Assembly: GCA_021161885.1 (NCBI GenBank)
Contig: JAGGZS010000066.1
Span: forward strand, 1 to 33,072
DNA: 33,072 nt
Origin: a bacterium
GTDB taxonomy: Bacteria > Auribacterota > Auribacteria > Auribacterales > Auribacteraceae
Direction of reading: 5' to 3'
A program made the translations under genes and the position numbers. Shown here one piece after another: positions 32,543-33,072 of the stretch. The notes under the pieces are model-generated. The model ran no database searches and had not been told where the DNA came from. It saw only the letters and a program-made list of their open reading frames with translations. Numbering within the stretch: position 1 is the stretch's first letter; each line of letters starts with the position of its first letter.

Positions 32543-32644
32543 ATTAAACATAAAAGAATTATATAGTTTGTGTGATATTAAATTTTTTGATAAAATAGAG
32601 GCAACGACTATACAAAAATTTGATTCATGAAAAGGTATTTGAAT

Positions 32645-33072
32645 ATGAATAAACAAATTGTTGCCATTGATTTATTCTGTGGAATAGGCGGATTGTCGCA
32701 TGGATTACAAAAATCAGGTATTGAAGTTATTGCCGGATTTGATTCAGATCCTTCTTGCAAATATGCCTACGAGGCAAACAATAATTCAAAATTTATTGAA
32801 AGAGATGTTGCCGAAATAACCGCTAAGGAACTCAAGGCATTATATCCTCCCGGGTCAATAAAAATTCTTGTGGGATGTGCTCCTTGTCAAACTTTTTCAA
32901 AACATACGTTAAAAAATAAAAATCGCGAAAAAGACAAAAGATGGGGACTATTATATCATTTTTTAAGATTAATTACTGAGGTCAAACCCCATTATGTTTC
33001 TATGGAAAATGTTCCGCAATTAAAAAAATACGATATTTTTACAGATTTTATTCAAGGATTAAAAAATGAACA
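32645..33072 (+). CDS. DNA (cytosine-5) methyltransferase, 5' part (continues beyond the window)
   Basis: My translation from ATG at 32645 is MNKQIVAIDLFCGIGGLSHG (motif I), ILVGCAPCQTFS (motif IV catalytic Cys, PCQ) and VSMENVPQL (motif VI ENV). Not in the ORF track because it is partial. Confidence 0.85.
   Translation, partial: MNKQIVAIDLFCGIGGLSHGLQKSGIEVIAGFDSDPSCKYAYEANNNSKFIERDVAEITAKELKALYPPGSIKILVGCAPCQTFSKHTLKNKNREKDKRWGLLYHFLRLITEVKPHYVSMENVPQLKKYDIFTDFIQGLKNE

Overview
The window is almost entirely a lambda-like siphovirus genome, either a prophage or a phage contig. It is AT-rich, roughly 35-40% GC by hand counts. The left edge cuts through the J-like tail gene. No integrase, att site or lysis cassette is visible. 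On the minus strand, gene order from high to low coordinates is as follows. Early genes: a Cro-like repressor and two small HTH proteins. Recombination module: an annealing-protein candidate, a PD-(D/E)XK exonuclease fusion, RusA and a Cas4-like nuclease. Replication: a lambda O-type initiator with four iterons inside the gene. Then come a ParB-domain DNA methyltransferase and a late region with near-perfect lambda synteny. The late order is small terminase, GpA-type large terminase, gpW, lambda-family portal, prohead protease/scaffold, decoration protein, gpE-type major capsid, FII/Z/U-like connectors, tail tube, G/GT chaperones, tape measure, M, L, K and an I-J fusion. Two accessory insertions stand out. 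(1) A self-contained moron sits between terminase and gpW, with its own promoter, strong SD and terminator. It encodes a secreted DNRLRE-like protein ending in a PEP-CTERM sorting signal. It is preceded by an Ogr/IS1-like zinc-ribbon ORF and followed by an ORF-free promoter-to-terminator unit. (2) On the plus strand, co-oriented with the CI-like repressor in the position lambda gives to rexAB, there is a tight gene string. It encodes a lipoprotein, an exported protein with a GC-richer nuclease-like C-terminal domain, and a HEPN-motif protein. A small Cys-containing ORF and a truncated C5 cytosine methyltransferase follow. I consider this string the best candidate for an undescribed lysogen-expressed exclusion or defence module. 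All family assignments rest on motif recognition and synteny by eye. No database search was possible.
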